Assembly (NCBI GenBank): GCA_965240325.2
Contig: OZ251236.1
Location: 248,001 to 312,000 of the forward strand
DNA: 64,000 bases
Source of the DNA: Rebecca billardiae RCC1528
Lineage: Eukaryota; Protista; Haptophyta
Direction: 5' to 3'
The notes under the pieces were generated by a model that did no database searches, had not been told where the DNA came from, and worked only from the letters and a program-made list of their open reading frames with translations. Positions 10,601-20,097 of the stretch are shown here, in pieces; the stretch's first letter is position 1, and every line of letters begins with the position of its first letter. Both the position numbers and the translations under genes were made by a program.

Positions 10601-13600
10601 GCGGTGGCGATGGCGGCGGGCTCGGCGGCGGCGGCGATGGCGGCGGCGATGGCGGCGGCGATGGCGGCGGGCTTGGCGGCGGCGGCGGCGAGGGTGGCGG
10701 CGAGGGTGGCGGTGACGGCGGCAGGCTGGGTGGTGGGCTGGGCGGCGGGCTGGGGGGCGGCGACGGTGGCGGGCTGGGCGGCGGCGATGGCGGTGGGCTC
10801 GGCGGCGGGCTGGGTGGCGGCGGCGCGGGCGGCGGGCTGGGTGGCGGGCTGGGCGGCGGGCTTGGCGGCGGTGACGGAGGCAGGCTCGGCGGTGGCGACG
10901 GTGGCGGCGACGGTGGCGGAGAGGGCGGCGGGCTGGGCGGACGTGACGGCGGAGGGCTCGGCGGTGGCGATGGCGGCGGGCTCGGCGGCGGCGGCAATGG
11001 CGGCGGCGATGGCGGCGGCGATGGCGGCGGGCTTGGCGGCGGCGGCGGCGAGGGTGGTGGCGAGGGTGGCGGCGAGGGTGGCGGGCTCGGCGGTGGTGAC
11101 GGCGGCGGGCTGGGTGGTGGGCTGGGCGGCGGGCTGGGGGGTGGCGATGGCGGCAGGCCCGGTGGCGGCGACGGTGGCGGGCTCGGCGGCGGCGATGGCG
11201 GTGGGCTCGGCGGCGGGCTGGGCGGCGGCGGCGAGGGCGGCGGGCTGGGTGGCGGGCTGGGCGGCGGGCTTGGCGGCGGTGACGGAGGCGGGCTCGGCGG
11301 TGGCGGCGGTGGCGGCGACGGTGGCGGAGAGGGCGGCGGGCTGGGCGGAGGTGACGGCGGAGGGCTCGGCGGTGGCGATGGCGGCGGGCTCGGCGGCGGC
11401 GGTGATGGCGGCGGCGATGGCGGCGGCGATGGCGGCGGGCTTGGCGGCGGCGGCGGCGAGGGTGGTGGCGAGGGTGGCGGCGAGGGTGGCGGGCTCGGCG
11501 GCGGTGACGGCGGCGGGCTGGGTGGTGGGCTGGGCGGCGGGCTGGGGGGTGGCGATGGCGGCAGGCTCGGTGGCGGCGACGGTGGCGGGCTCGGCGGCGG
11601 CGATGGCGGTGGGCTCGGCGGCGGGCTGGGCGGCGGCGGCGAGGGCGGCGGGCTGGGTGGCGGGCTGGGCGGCGGGCTTGGCGGCGGTGACGGAGGCGGG
11701 CTCGGCGGTGGCGACGGTGGCGGCGACGGTGGCGGAGAGGGCGGCGGGCTGGGCGGAGGTGATGGCGGAGGGCTCGGCGGTGGCGATGGCGGCGGGCTCG
11801 GCGGCGGCGGCGATGGCGGCGGCGATGGCGGCGGCGAGGGCGGCGGCGAGGGCGGCGGCGAGGGTGGCGGCGGCGGCGAGGGCGGCGGCGAGGGCGACGG
11901 GGGCGGCGAGGGCGGCGGCGAGGGTGGCGGCGGCGGCGAGGGCGGTGGCGAGGGTGGCGGCGAGGGTGGCGGCGGCGGCGAGGGCGGCGGCGAGGGTGGC
12001 GGCGGTGGCGAGGGCGGCGGCGAGGGCGACGGCGGCGGCGAGGGCGGCGGCGAGGGTGGCGGCGGCGGCGAGGGCGGCGGCGAGGGTGGCGGCGAGGGCG
12101 GCGGCGGCGGCGAGGGCGGCGGCGAGGGCGGTGGCGACGGGCACTCGGCAAGAGTGCTGAGGTCCGGGTTGAACTTGGTGTTGCTCGCGAAAGGCGTGAG
12201 CGCGCAGAAGTCACTGCCGTCGTAAAACCTGTGATGCAGTGAGGGGGGAGGGGGCGCGGGTGGGGCGGGGAACGCGTTGGCCATCAACCCTGCCAGCGCG
12301 TGGGGGCCGACGATGCTGCCACCGTGCGGAAGACTGCAAGGCTCCTCAGGTGGACACGCCCTCTTGAGCAGGCGAGCAGCCCAGGCGGCAGGCAGAACGC
12401 AGCTGGCTGGCGTGTGGGGGCGCGCGTGCGCAGGCACACATACAATCCGCTGGAGGACAAAGCAGTCAGCTGCAACACCTCTGTTGGCATGGCGCCGCCG
12501 AGCGAGTTGGAGTTGAGATACCTGTCACTCGTGTGGTGGGAGGAGCGCCGGGTGGCAGCACGCATAACAATGCACGTCAGGTTCCAAGCGGTGTGCATGC
12601 GCCACACGCGGGGAGAGGGAAGTGGTGCGATCTCTTGGGGTCGTTGGTGCGCGCTGCTGCGCGCACAAGAACTGCATGCTCGCCATTGCGCCCACTTCCG
12701 AGGGCAGGCTGCCTGTGAGCGAGTTGAAGTGGAGACGCCTGTCACGCGTGTGATGGGAGGAGCGCCGGGTGGCAGCACGCATAACAATGCACGTCAGATT
12801 GCACGCGGTGTGTGTACGCCACACGCGGGGGGCGGAGAGTGATGCAACCTCTGGGGGCGGTTGGTGCTCGCTGCTGCGCGCACAGTTGAGTCATGCTCGT
12901 CATTGCGCCCACTTCCGAGGGCAGGCTGCCTGTGAGCGAGTTGAAGTTGAGCCACCTGTCACGCGTGTGGTGGGAGGAGCGCCGGGTGGCAGCACGCATA
13001 ACAATGCACGTCAGATTCCAAGCGGTGTGCATGCGCCACGCGTGGGGGGAGGAGAGTGGTGCGATCTCTGGGGGCGGTTGGTGCTCGCTGCTGCGCGCAC
13101 AAGAACTGCATGCTCGCCATTGCGCCCACTTCCGAGGGCAGGCTGCCTGTGAGCGAGTTGGAGAAGAGAAACCTGGCACGCGTGTGGTGGGAGGAGCGGC
13201 GGGTGGCAGCACGCATAACAATGCACGTCAGCTTCCATGCGGTGTGCATGCGCCACGCGTGGGGGGAGGAGAGTGGTGCGATCTCTGGGGGCGGTTGGTG
13301 CTCGCTGCTGCGCGCACAGCCACTGCAAGCTCGCCATTGCGCCCACTTCGGTAGGGATGCTCCCGACGAGAGCGTTTCCGTCGAGAAACCTGCGACCAGG
13401 CAGCAGCATGAGGGGGGGATGCCATCAGCCAAGGCAGAGGTGACCAGATCGTCCGCTGGTGGCGCGCAAGAAGGCGTATGCCGCGCAGAAAAGCACGTCG
13501 TACACTTTGGGCACATTGACCATGTAGCCGACCTCGGTGGGTATCGTGCCTGTCTTGCCAGCACCCCTGTACGCGCTGCGCTCGGTCGTTTCCAAGCGGG

Positions 13601-16072
13601 CAGCGCGCAAAGCATGATGACGCGCAGGGCGGGCAGGCCAGCGCGGGCGGTGTGTAAGCGCAACGACGCTGAGCGCGCACGTGCGCGAGCGCGCGCGCGC
13701 GGAGGGGAAGGGGTTGCTCTGCAGCGCGGTCACAGCGACGCACATGTCCCTAGCAATGCCATTGCACGCGAGCTCGTTGAATGTGCCCGAGTCAGGGAAG
13801 CACTGGGGGTAGTCTGTCAGCATCGCATCGCGCAGGCTAGATGATGCGGCCGTCTCGACCTGGGCGATCAGCGCGCAGGAGATGAGCATTGCTTTCGCGA
13901 GCGGAACGTGGCTCGTGCACGAAGTCCGCAGCCGAGGGAGGCCCAAAGGGGAGACACGTCGACAGGAAACCACGTGGTGGTAGAAGAACGTCAGCAAAAA
14001 GCATGCGACGAGCATGCGCAGGCAACCACCAATGACCAGTTCGTGCCGTGGTGAGATGGTCTTCTGCTCCTTGTTGATCATGCAAGCAAGCGCGTGCCAT
14101 GGAGGCGCGTTGGTCTTCTGCTGCTTGGTCGCCGCCTCGGCCGGCATGCCCGTGAGCGCGTGCGGCGGTGGCGCGTTGGTCTGGTGCTGCTTGGTCGCCG
14201 CGTCGGCCGGCGTGCACGTGAGCGCGTGCGGCGGCGGCGCGTTGGTCTTCTGCTGCTTGGTCGCCGCCTCGGCCGGCATGCCCGTGAGCGCGTGCGGCGG
14301 TGGCGCGTTGGTCTGGTGCTGCTTGGTCGCCGCGTCGGCCGGCATGCCCGTGAGCGCGTGTGGCGGCGGCGCGTTGGTCTGGTGCTCCGTCATCAGCGTG
14401 TCGGCCGGCGTGCCCGTGAGCGCGTGCGGCGGCGGCGCGTTGGTCTGGTGCTCCGTCATCATCAGCGTGTCGGCCGGCGTGCCCGTGAGCGCGCGCGGCG
14501 GCGGCGCGTTGGTCTTCTGCTGCTTGGTCGCCGCCTCGGCCGGCATGCCCGTGAGCGCGTGCGGCGGTGGCGCGTTGGTCTGGTGCTGCTTGGTCGCCGC
14601 GTCGGCCGGCGTGCACGTGAGCGCGTGCGGCGGCGGCGCGTTGGTCTTCTGCTGCTTGGTCGCCACGTCGGCCGACATGCCCGTGAGCGCGTGCGGCGGC
14701 GGCGCGTTGGTCTTCTGCTGCTTGGTCGCCACGTCGGCCGACATGCCCGTGAGCGCGTGCGGCGGCGGCGCGTTGGTCTTCTGCTGCTTGGTCGCCACGT
14801 CGGCCGGCATGCCCGTGAGCGCGCGCGGCGGCGGCGCGTTGGTCTTGTGCTCCGTCATCATCAGTGTGTCGGCCGGCATGCCCGTGAGCGCGTGCGGCGG
14901 CGGCGCGTTGGTCTGGTGCTCCGTCATCAGCGTGTCCGCCGGCGTGCCCGTGAGCGCGTGCGGCGGCGGCGCGTTGGTCTGGTGCTCCGTCATCATCGTG
15001 TCGGCCGGCGTGCCCGTGAGCGCGTGCGGCGGCGGCGCGTTGGTCTGGTGCTCCGTCATCATCGTGTCGGCCGGCGTGCCCGTGAGCGCGTGCGGCGGCG
15101 GCGCGTTGGTCTGGTGCTCCGTCATCATCGTGTCGGCCGGCGTGCACGTGAGCGCGTGCGGCGGCGGCGCGTTGGTCTTCTGCTGCTTGGTCGCCACGTC
15201 GGCCGACATGCCCGTGAGCGCGTGCGGCGGCGGCGCGTTGGTCTTCTGCTGCTTGGTCGCCACGTCGGCCGACATGCCCGTGAGCGCGTGCGGCGGCGGC
15301 GCGATGGTATGGTGCTCCGTCATCAGCGCGTCAGCCGGCGTGCCCGTGAGCGCGTGCGGCGGCGTCACGTAGGTCTTGTGCTGCTTGGCCGCCGCGTCCG
15401 CCGCGTCGATCGGCATGCCCGCGAGCTCGCGCGGCGGCGGCGCGAGTGCGCGCTGTGGCGACGTGTCGTCAATCTTCGTCGGCATGGGGAGTGAGGCGCC
15501 ATCGTGCAGCGCGGAAGGCGGAGCCGATCCGGCGCCGTCGTCGCCTGGTCCGGCCTCCTGGCCTGCGAATCAAATGGCGGGCGAAAAACAGCAGCAGGGA
15601 AAAGCAAAACAAAAAGGCGGATCAAATGCAGCGCGCAGATTGCCAGATACCGCCGACGCGCGGCGCGGCGCCCGCGGGGGCGAGCGCGCGGCGCGCCCTC
15701 GGCATGCGCGCTTCGCGCCACGCACACGCACCTGCATCAAGCGTGATCGTCAGGCCCTGGGTCTTGTTGAAATCGGTGTTGGTCGGCGCGCCCGAGAGCG
15801 CGGGCGCGGGCGCGTCGCCGCTATTGCGCCCCTCAGCCGCCACCGCTCGGCCGGCGGCGCTGACGGCGCGTGACGACAGCGTGCGCTGCGCCGGGGGGCG
15901 ATCGGCGAGGTGCATGGCACGGTCTGCCGAGCCCCAGGCCGCGTGCGTCAGGTCGGCCGGGTCGATGCGCGCACAAATGCCGCCGCCGTGCGCAGCGGCA
16001 TGCGCGAGCACGGCGATGAGCGCGATGCCCACGGCGCCGACGATCGAGCTGAGCTTCGCCGCGCGAGTTCCG
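4654..16072 (-). CDS. Giant multi-exon membrane protein: hydrophobic segment, 22-aa repeats, 6 plant-type LRRs, (SPPP)n extensin-like stalk, bacterial-type Ca-binding module and polycystin-1-like TM region; start codon probably further upstream (~16.2-16.35 kb)
   Basis: Exons that join in frame (top-bottom): 16072-15732, 15562-~13721, 13575-13504, 13389-13318, 13172-13101, 12955-12884, 12738-12667, 12521-12444, 12228-7110, 6968-6831, 6700-6405, 6301-4654. All junctions are GT-AG except the ~13721 donor, which is probably GC and least certain. LRR consensus is LxLxxNSLTGSLPSEVGAMxSxxxL. Confidence 0.75.
7913..12140 (-). repeat. Coding (Ser-Pro3-4)n repeat of ~1400 codons with a 408-bp higher-order period
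   Basis: Translation of ORF 6093-12437. The marker GACGGAGGC recurs at 8881, 9289, 9697, 10105, 10513, 10873, 11281 and 11689, spaced 408 bp except one 360-bp interval. Confidence 0.95.
12522..13389 (-). repeat. Tandem array of four 217-bp units, each a 72-nt LRR exon plus a 145-nt intron
   Basis: Introns 12522-12666, 12739-12883, 12956-13100 and 13173-13317 are near-identical, each with a GTGCGC donor, a CTGAC branch-like motif and a CAG acceptor on the minus strand. The exons are exactly 72 nt and phase 2/2. Confidence 0.92.
14094..15440 (-). repeat. Coding minisatellite, ~20 copies of 66 bp (some 69 bp): (K/Q)TNAPPPHALTG(M/T)PAD followed by AATKQQ or TMMTEH
   Basis: A 66-bp period is visible in the DNA (GCGCGTTGG at 14105, 14171 and onward) and in ORF 13425-15485. 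Confidence 0.95.
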
Positions 16073-16763
16073 CTGTCCGGCTTGGCATGCGTGGCGCATG
16101 CACGGGGGCGAAGGGCCTGCGCGCACGCGCCGCCGCAGCGCCCACACCCCACGCGCGCGCCAGGGCCATCGGTGAGGCCAGTCGCCGCCCGCGCCGCGGA
16201 GTCGCGCGGCCGCCCGCGCCCGCGGCCGCACAGCGCGGCTGCTGCGCATGACGACTGCCCAGCCGCCCGGAAAGCGTTCGACAATGGTCGAAGCGGCCGC
16301 GGGATCGGTGTGACGATGCGTAGCACGCACCTTGCAAGTTGTCATCGAAATCCGTGCGGGCGCTGCGGCGGGGGGGGGGGGGGGGCTTTGTCACGCGAGC
16401 CGTGGCAAATGAGACGACGAGAGGCGGCAGGAGGATCCGTGCCACCGGCTTTGCCTGCACAAAGGGAATCTGTCAGACACGTCAAATCATCAGTTCTTCA
16501 ACTGAGAAGAAGTACTCCGACACCACGCGGAATGATCAGCAATAATGAAATGGTGTGTGTCATTGATTAAACCGCATACTGAGTCTCTATTGTACAGGTA
16601 GCATAATGAGTACTAGTAATAGTAGTAAACTGCTGGACGCACGCAGCTTAAACAGTCTAAAGTATTTATTACGACGTCTCTTATTCTTAGTAAACTGTAT
16701 GCTCTGCCACCATCAACGCTGAGGTGCGTCCTGATTATTCATCTATGACGACAGGTATTTCCG

Positions 16764-17779
16764 TATCTCTTTATTGGTACCCATCGGGTGAAGCCCCGGT
16801 CCCGGGGCTCGTGCATGGCGGCACTTCGAGCCTCCGCCGCGAGGCATAGAAGCTGGTGCGTCGGTGGGGATCTTGCTGGGCATGTTGCGCATGGTGTCTT
16901 GTACCCTCACCGTGGCCCTCGTCTCGTTGTCCACCGGGTTACGGCCTGCACAATGCACGCGATCGTGCGCGGTGCCGGGCAAACGTCTGCGTGAGCCGCG
17001 CAGCATGAGCATCCGCGTGCCGCTTCCATCGGCTCTGCTGAGGTACGTTGTGGGTGCGTTGTGTGAGGGAGGCTGTGAGACGTGTCTCTGGTCCCCTCAG
17101 GATAGCTGCTAAGGTGCGTCTCGACCAATGCAGGCGTGGATGCTGCGTTGCGTGTGCCGCGAATCTGCTGTCGTGCCGTGCTCTCACACGGGTAGTAGTC
17201 CGTGGCGGCTGCACGGCACCATTCAAAGTGCGCTGCTACAGTCAGGCGTGGGGCAGCGTGTAGCCTCATGTAGTTCAGTCACCCCAGTCCACATCTGAGT
17301 CGCCCCATGCATCACTACGGCCTCGGTGCGGATGTGACGTGTCACGGTCGTGGCCGCACGGCGACATGCAGCACGGCTGCCCCGCCGTTGTCGGCGGAGC
17401 ACATCTGAGTCGAACTACAGGCAGAGAAGGGGTTGCCGCCGCATTGGGGCACCCACAGGCCACGCTGGGGCAATTGACATCGAGTCACAGCACGCGCAAT
17501 GGCTAGCAGTAGCTCGTTTGCGGTGTACTCAAGTGAAGCCCCGGGTCCGGGGCTTGGCGGAATCCGCTTCTCCGGACCTATCCGGACTCTCACTCAGTGA
17601 CGGCTGTATATGTGACATACGTAGTGACATCCGAAGTTGAAGTACCCTAAATTGATGTCGCTGAATCGATCTGTCACCGGCACTCAAGCGCGTAAAACCA
17701 CGTATTCAGCCGTAATTGCGTGATACATAGTAGCTTGAAGCCCCGGGGCCGGGGCTTCGGGTATTCCGCCAAAGAGCTA
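16764..17779. repeat. Three copies of a GAAGCCCCGG-NN-CCGGGGCT(TC) hairpin with a related flank, two direct and one inverted; possible degenerate TIR element
   Basis: Hairpins at 16790-16809, 17535-17555 and 17737-17758. Flank 17510-17530 matches the reverse complement of 17759-17779 at 16/21 positions. Confidence 0.7.
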
Positions 17780-18266
17780 ATATACTAATAATAGTCAACT
17801 GTACACACAGCTCAGGCAGGCGAGATCGACGCCAACCACGGCCTGTCACCGGCCTCACCCAGGACCAACCATGATCTGATCCCCCTTTCATTCGCCTTTG
17901 AACTGATGAAGCCGTCGCCCAGGGGAGAGAGAGAGGAGTGTTGCGTGTCGGCCTCAACTAGCCGGCGGCAGGCGGTTCTGTTGCCCGGCGGGGCGCCGGT
18001 CCGCTGGCCTCGCCAGCTGCGGGGGCCGGGTCGTCCCGGGCTGTTTGCGCTTACGGGCTGGGGGCGGCACTGGTGCCACCCTGCCGCTCGTGCTGGCAGC
18101 CTGCCATGTAGCCATGTACGGCTGCCGTGCCAGCGAGGTCAGACTCAGACCCGGCCGAGGCTGCTCCCAGGCAGAGGCTGTGCCTGTTACGGCTGGTACT
18201 TGCAGGGCGCATGTGAAGCGTCGTCATCAGTGCTGGCGAGGAGCTGTGCCTGCTCCGCGCGCATGC

Positions 18267-18365
18267 GGCGCTGGCACAGCCGCCTGGCAGACTTGCGCTG
18301 GCACAGCCCCGGGCCTGGCACGGACTTGCGCTGGCACAGCCGCCGCTGGCAGGCAGACTTGCGCA
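18267..18365. repeat. Three imperfect tandem copies of GCGCTGGCACAGCC...GACTT (~27-33 bp)
   Basis: Read directly from the sequence. Confidence 0.75.
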
Positions 18366-18463
18366 GAGGGGGCGTCGGGGGTGGGGGGCGGGCTCAGGCG
18401 CAGGTGCTGGGGGCTGGGGTTATTGGCGGGTCAGGGACAGACATGAGACAGGGCACCAGACCA

Positions 18464-18895
18464 TCATTGAAGCTGCAGGGTATCAGAATCCAGGCGGCCC
18501 CGTTTTGGCCGGCGCCCGGCGGCGACGCCCCCGACTGCTGTAGGGGGATCAACACCGGCGGCGCGTCGGGCGCGGCGCTGGTGCGCTGCACTGCTGCTGC
18601 CACCCCGGAGCTGGCTCCAGGGGCTACAATTACACTCCGCGGGCGCGGTGTTCACGCGGGGGGCTGTTGACTCACAGACAGTCACAGGTGCTCGGACGGG
18701 GGGCCGTGTCTGCCGTGGGCCCTGTGCATACATAGGGCGGACAGAGTCACAGAGTATCGGACGGGCGCAGGTCTCGTCCCATGATTCGTCGTTGGCATCA
18801 GTGCTCGATCGTCGGTGACAAGTAAAGTCGGCGTTGGTGGCTAAGAGCTCCGCCTGCACCGCGATCGAAATATAGCTTGAGTAGCGCGACGACAT
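18464..18895 (-). CDS. Possible small hypothetical protein (MSSRYSS..., basic RRPKRGR near the C-terminus)
   Basis: ATG-initiated part of ORF 18464-19564. No domain is recognised, so it may be non-coding. Confidence 0.2.
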   Translation of the reverse strand: MSSRYSSYISIAVQAELLATNADFTCHRRSSTDANDESWDETCARPILCDSVRPMYAQGPRQTRPPVRAPVTVCESTAPRVNTAPAECNCSPWSQLRGGSSSAAHQRRARRAAGVDPPTAVGGVAAGRRPKRGRLDSDTLQLQ

Positions 18896-19725
18896 TTTCG
18901 AGCTGCTGCTCACATGACGGGCTGCTGCTGCCTGCTGCTGCCGTGCAGCAGCGCGCTCCACCTGCGTTGCGCAAATGACCAGATCGCATGGGCCTGCCGC
19001 TGCGCCCTGGTTAGGGGCGAGGGTGCACGGATGGCAGATGGCCGTCTCAGCCGCTGGGCCCTGGCGAGTGGTCCGACGGCGATGATATAGCAGTCGTAGT
19101 CCCCGTGTGCCGCCCTGGGCCTGCGCCGCGGCCGCCGTGCGGGCCGTGCGCGGCTTGGCACCGCTACTGGGTCTCATCCGCGCGGTGCCAATTTGCCTCT
19201 GATGAGCCACCAAGGGGCTTACAAAAGTACCACTTTGTACAGGTCGATGAGGGCTGAATTCGACAGAGCCTGGCACTTTGAGACAAAGGCGGCGGCCCAG
19301 TGGCGGCCCCGACGGTGGCGCCCACTTGGCGTGGTGCATGGCGCCCGCCCCGCACGCGCTACAACGCCCGGTGAGGTGGACGCAAGTCTGTCGAGGCGCG
19401 TCACATGTGCGCCCAAGGTGCATGCCTGGCACCTCCGCTCGTTTACCGGCCGCTCCGCTGCCCATGCCTGACCTGCACGCACCAAACGTAGCCACCGAAG
19501 GTGCCCCGCCACTGTGAGACGGCCGCGAACCGCGATGCACGGTGCCCTTCAGTGACGTGAGCAAGGTAGTCTACTACTGCAAGAGGACGCCAACCTGACG
19601 GCTGGCCATGCCATGGGAGGTAGTAAGGACGCCAGATACGCGCCAAGACCCCATGGGAAGCATGCTCTCCCCGAGTAGTGAGCTCTTCCGTCTTCGGGCG
19701 TGCGCACGCGGTTTGTCTCAAAGTG

Positions 19726-19750
19726 CCCCCCCCCCCCCCCCCCCCCCCCC
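19726..19750. repeat. C25 homopolymer (G-tract on the minus strand)
   Basis: Direct count. Confidence 0.9.
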
Positions 19751-20097
19751 AAAGAGAGACAAAGTTGATGGTGCTCGTGCTCCTCAACGGCATGGAACTA
19801 GTCCACGAGACTCGCGGCTTGAACTCTTCGTCTGATGCCCTCCACAACGACGTGCGCGACGGGCGTGAGCGCCATGGTGGTCGAGCGCAAAACAGCCGGG
19901 ATTTTGGTGTCTCATTCTGCTTCGTTAATCTTGTCCGCCATGTGTGCGCATCGATCAAGCTCACAAAACCGTCAACGGCTTTCAATTAATATTATTCATA
20001 AGCGCACAAAACGGTCAAAACCGTCAGCTAAGCACCAAAACGGCTGGACGCCGCAGACCTCGACCTTGTGGGTGGCCTCCTAACCGCCGCGGACGCG

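Noticed and set aside
7472-12225. Gly-rich (+ strand), Arg-rich and Ala-rich long ORFs over the SPPP tract
   Set aside because: These are antisense or alternative frames of a stop-free GC repeat. Only the SPPP frame connects to sensible flanking domains.
12522-13389. Repeat-spacer look of the 217-bp array (CRISPR-like)
   Set aside because: Units are far too long, carry splice signals and encode LRRs. No cas genes are present and the context is eukaryotic.
14014-15494. Plus-strand Cys-rich repeat ORFs
   Set aside because: They are antisense shadows of the 66-bp repeat. The minus frame is the one linked by splice sites to neighbouring exons.
17800-19990. Possible transposon coding remnant
   Set aside because: No transposase, reverse transcriptase, integrase or gag motif is recognisable in any frame.
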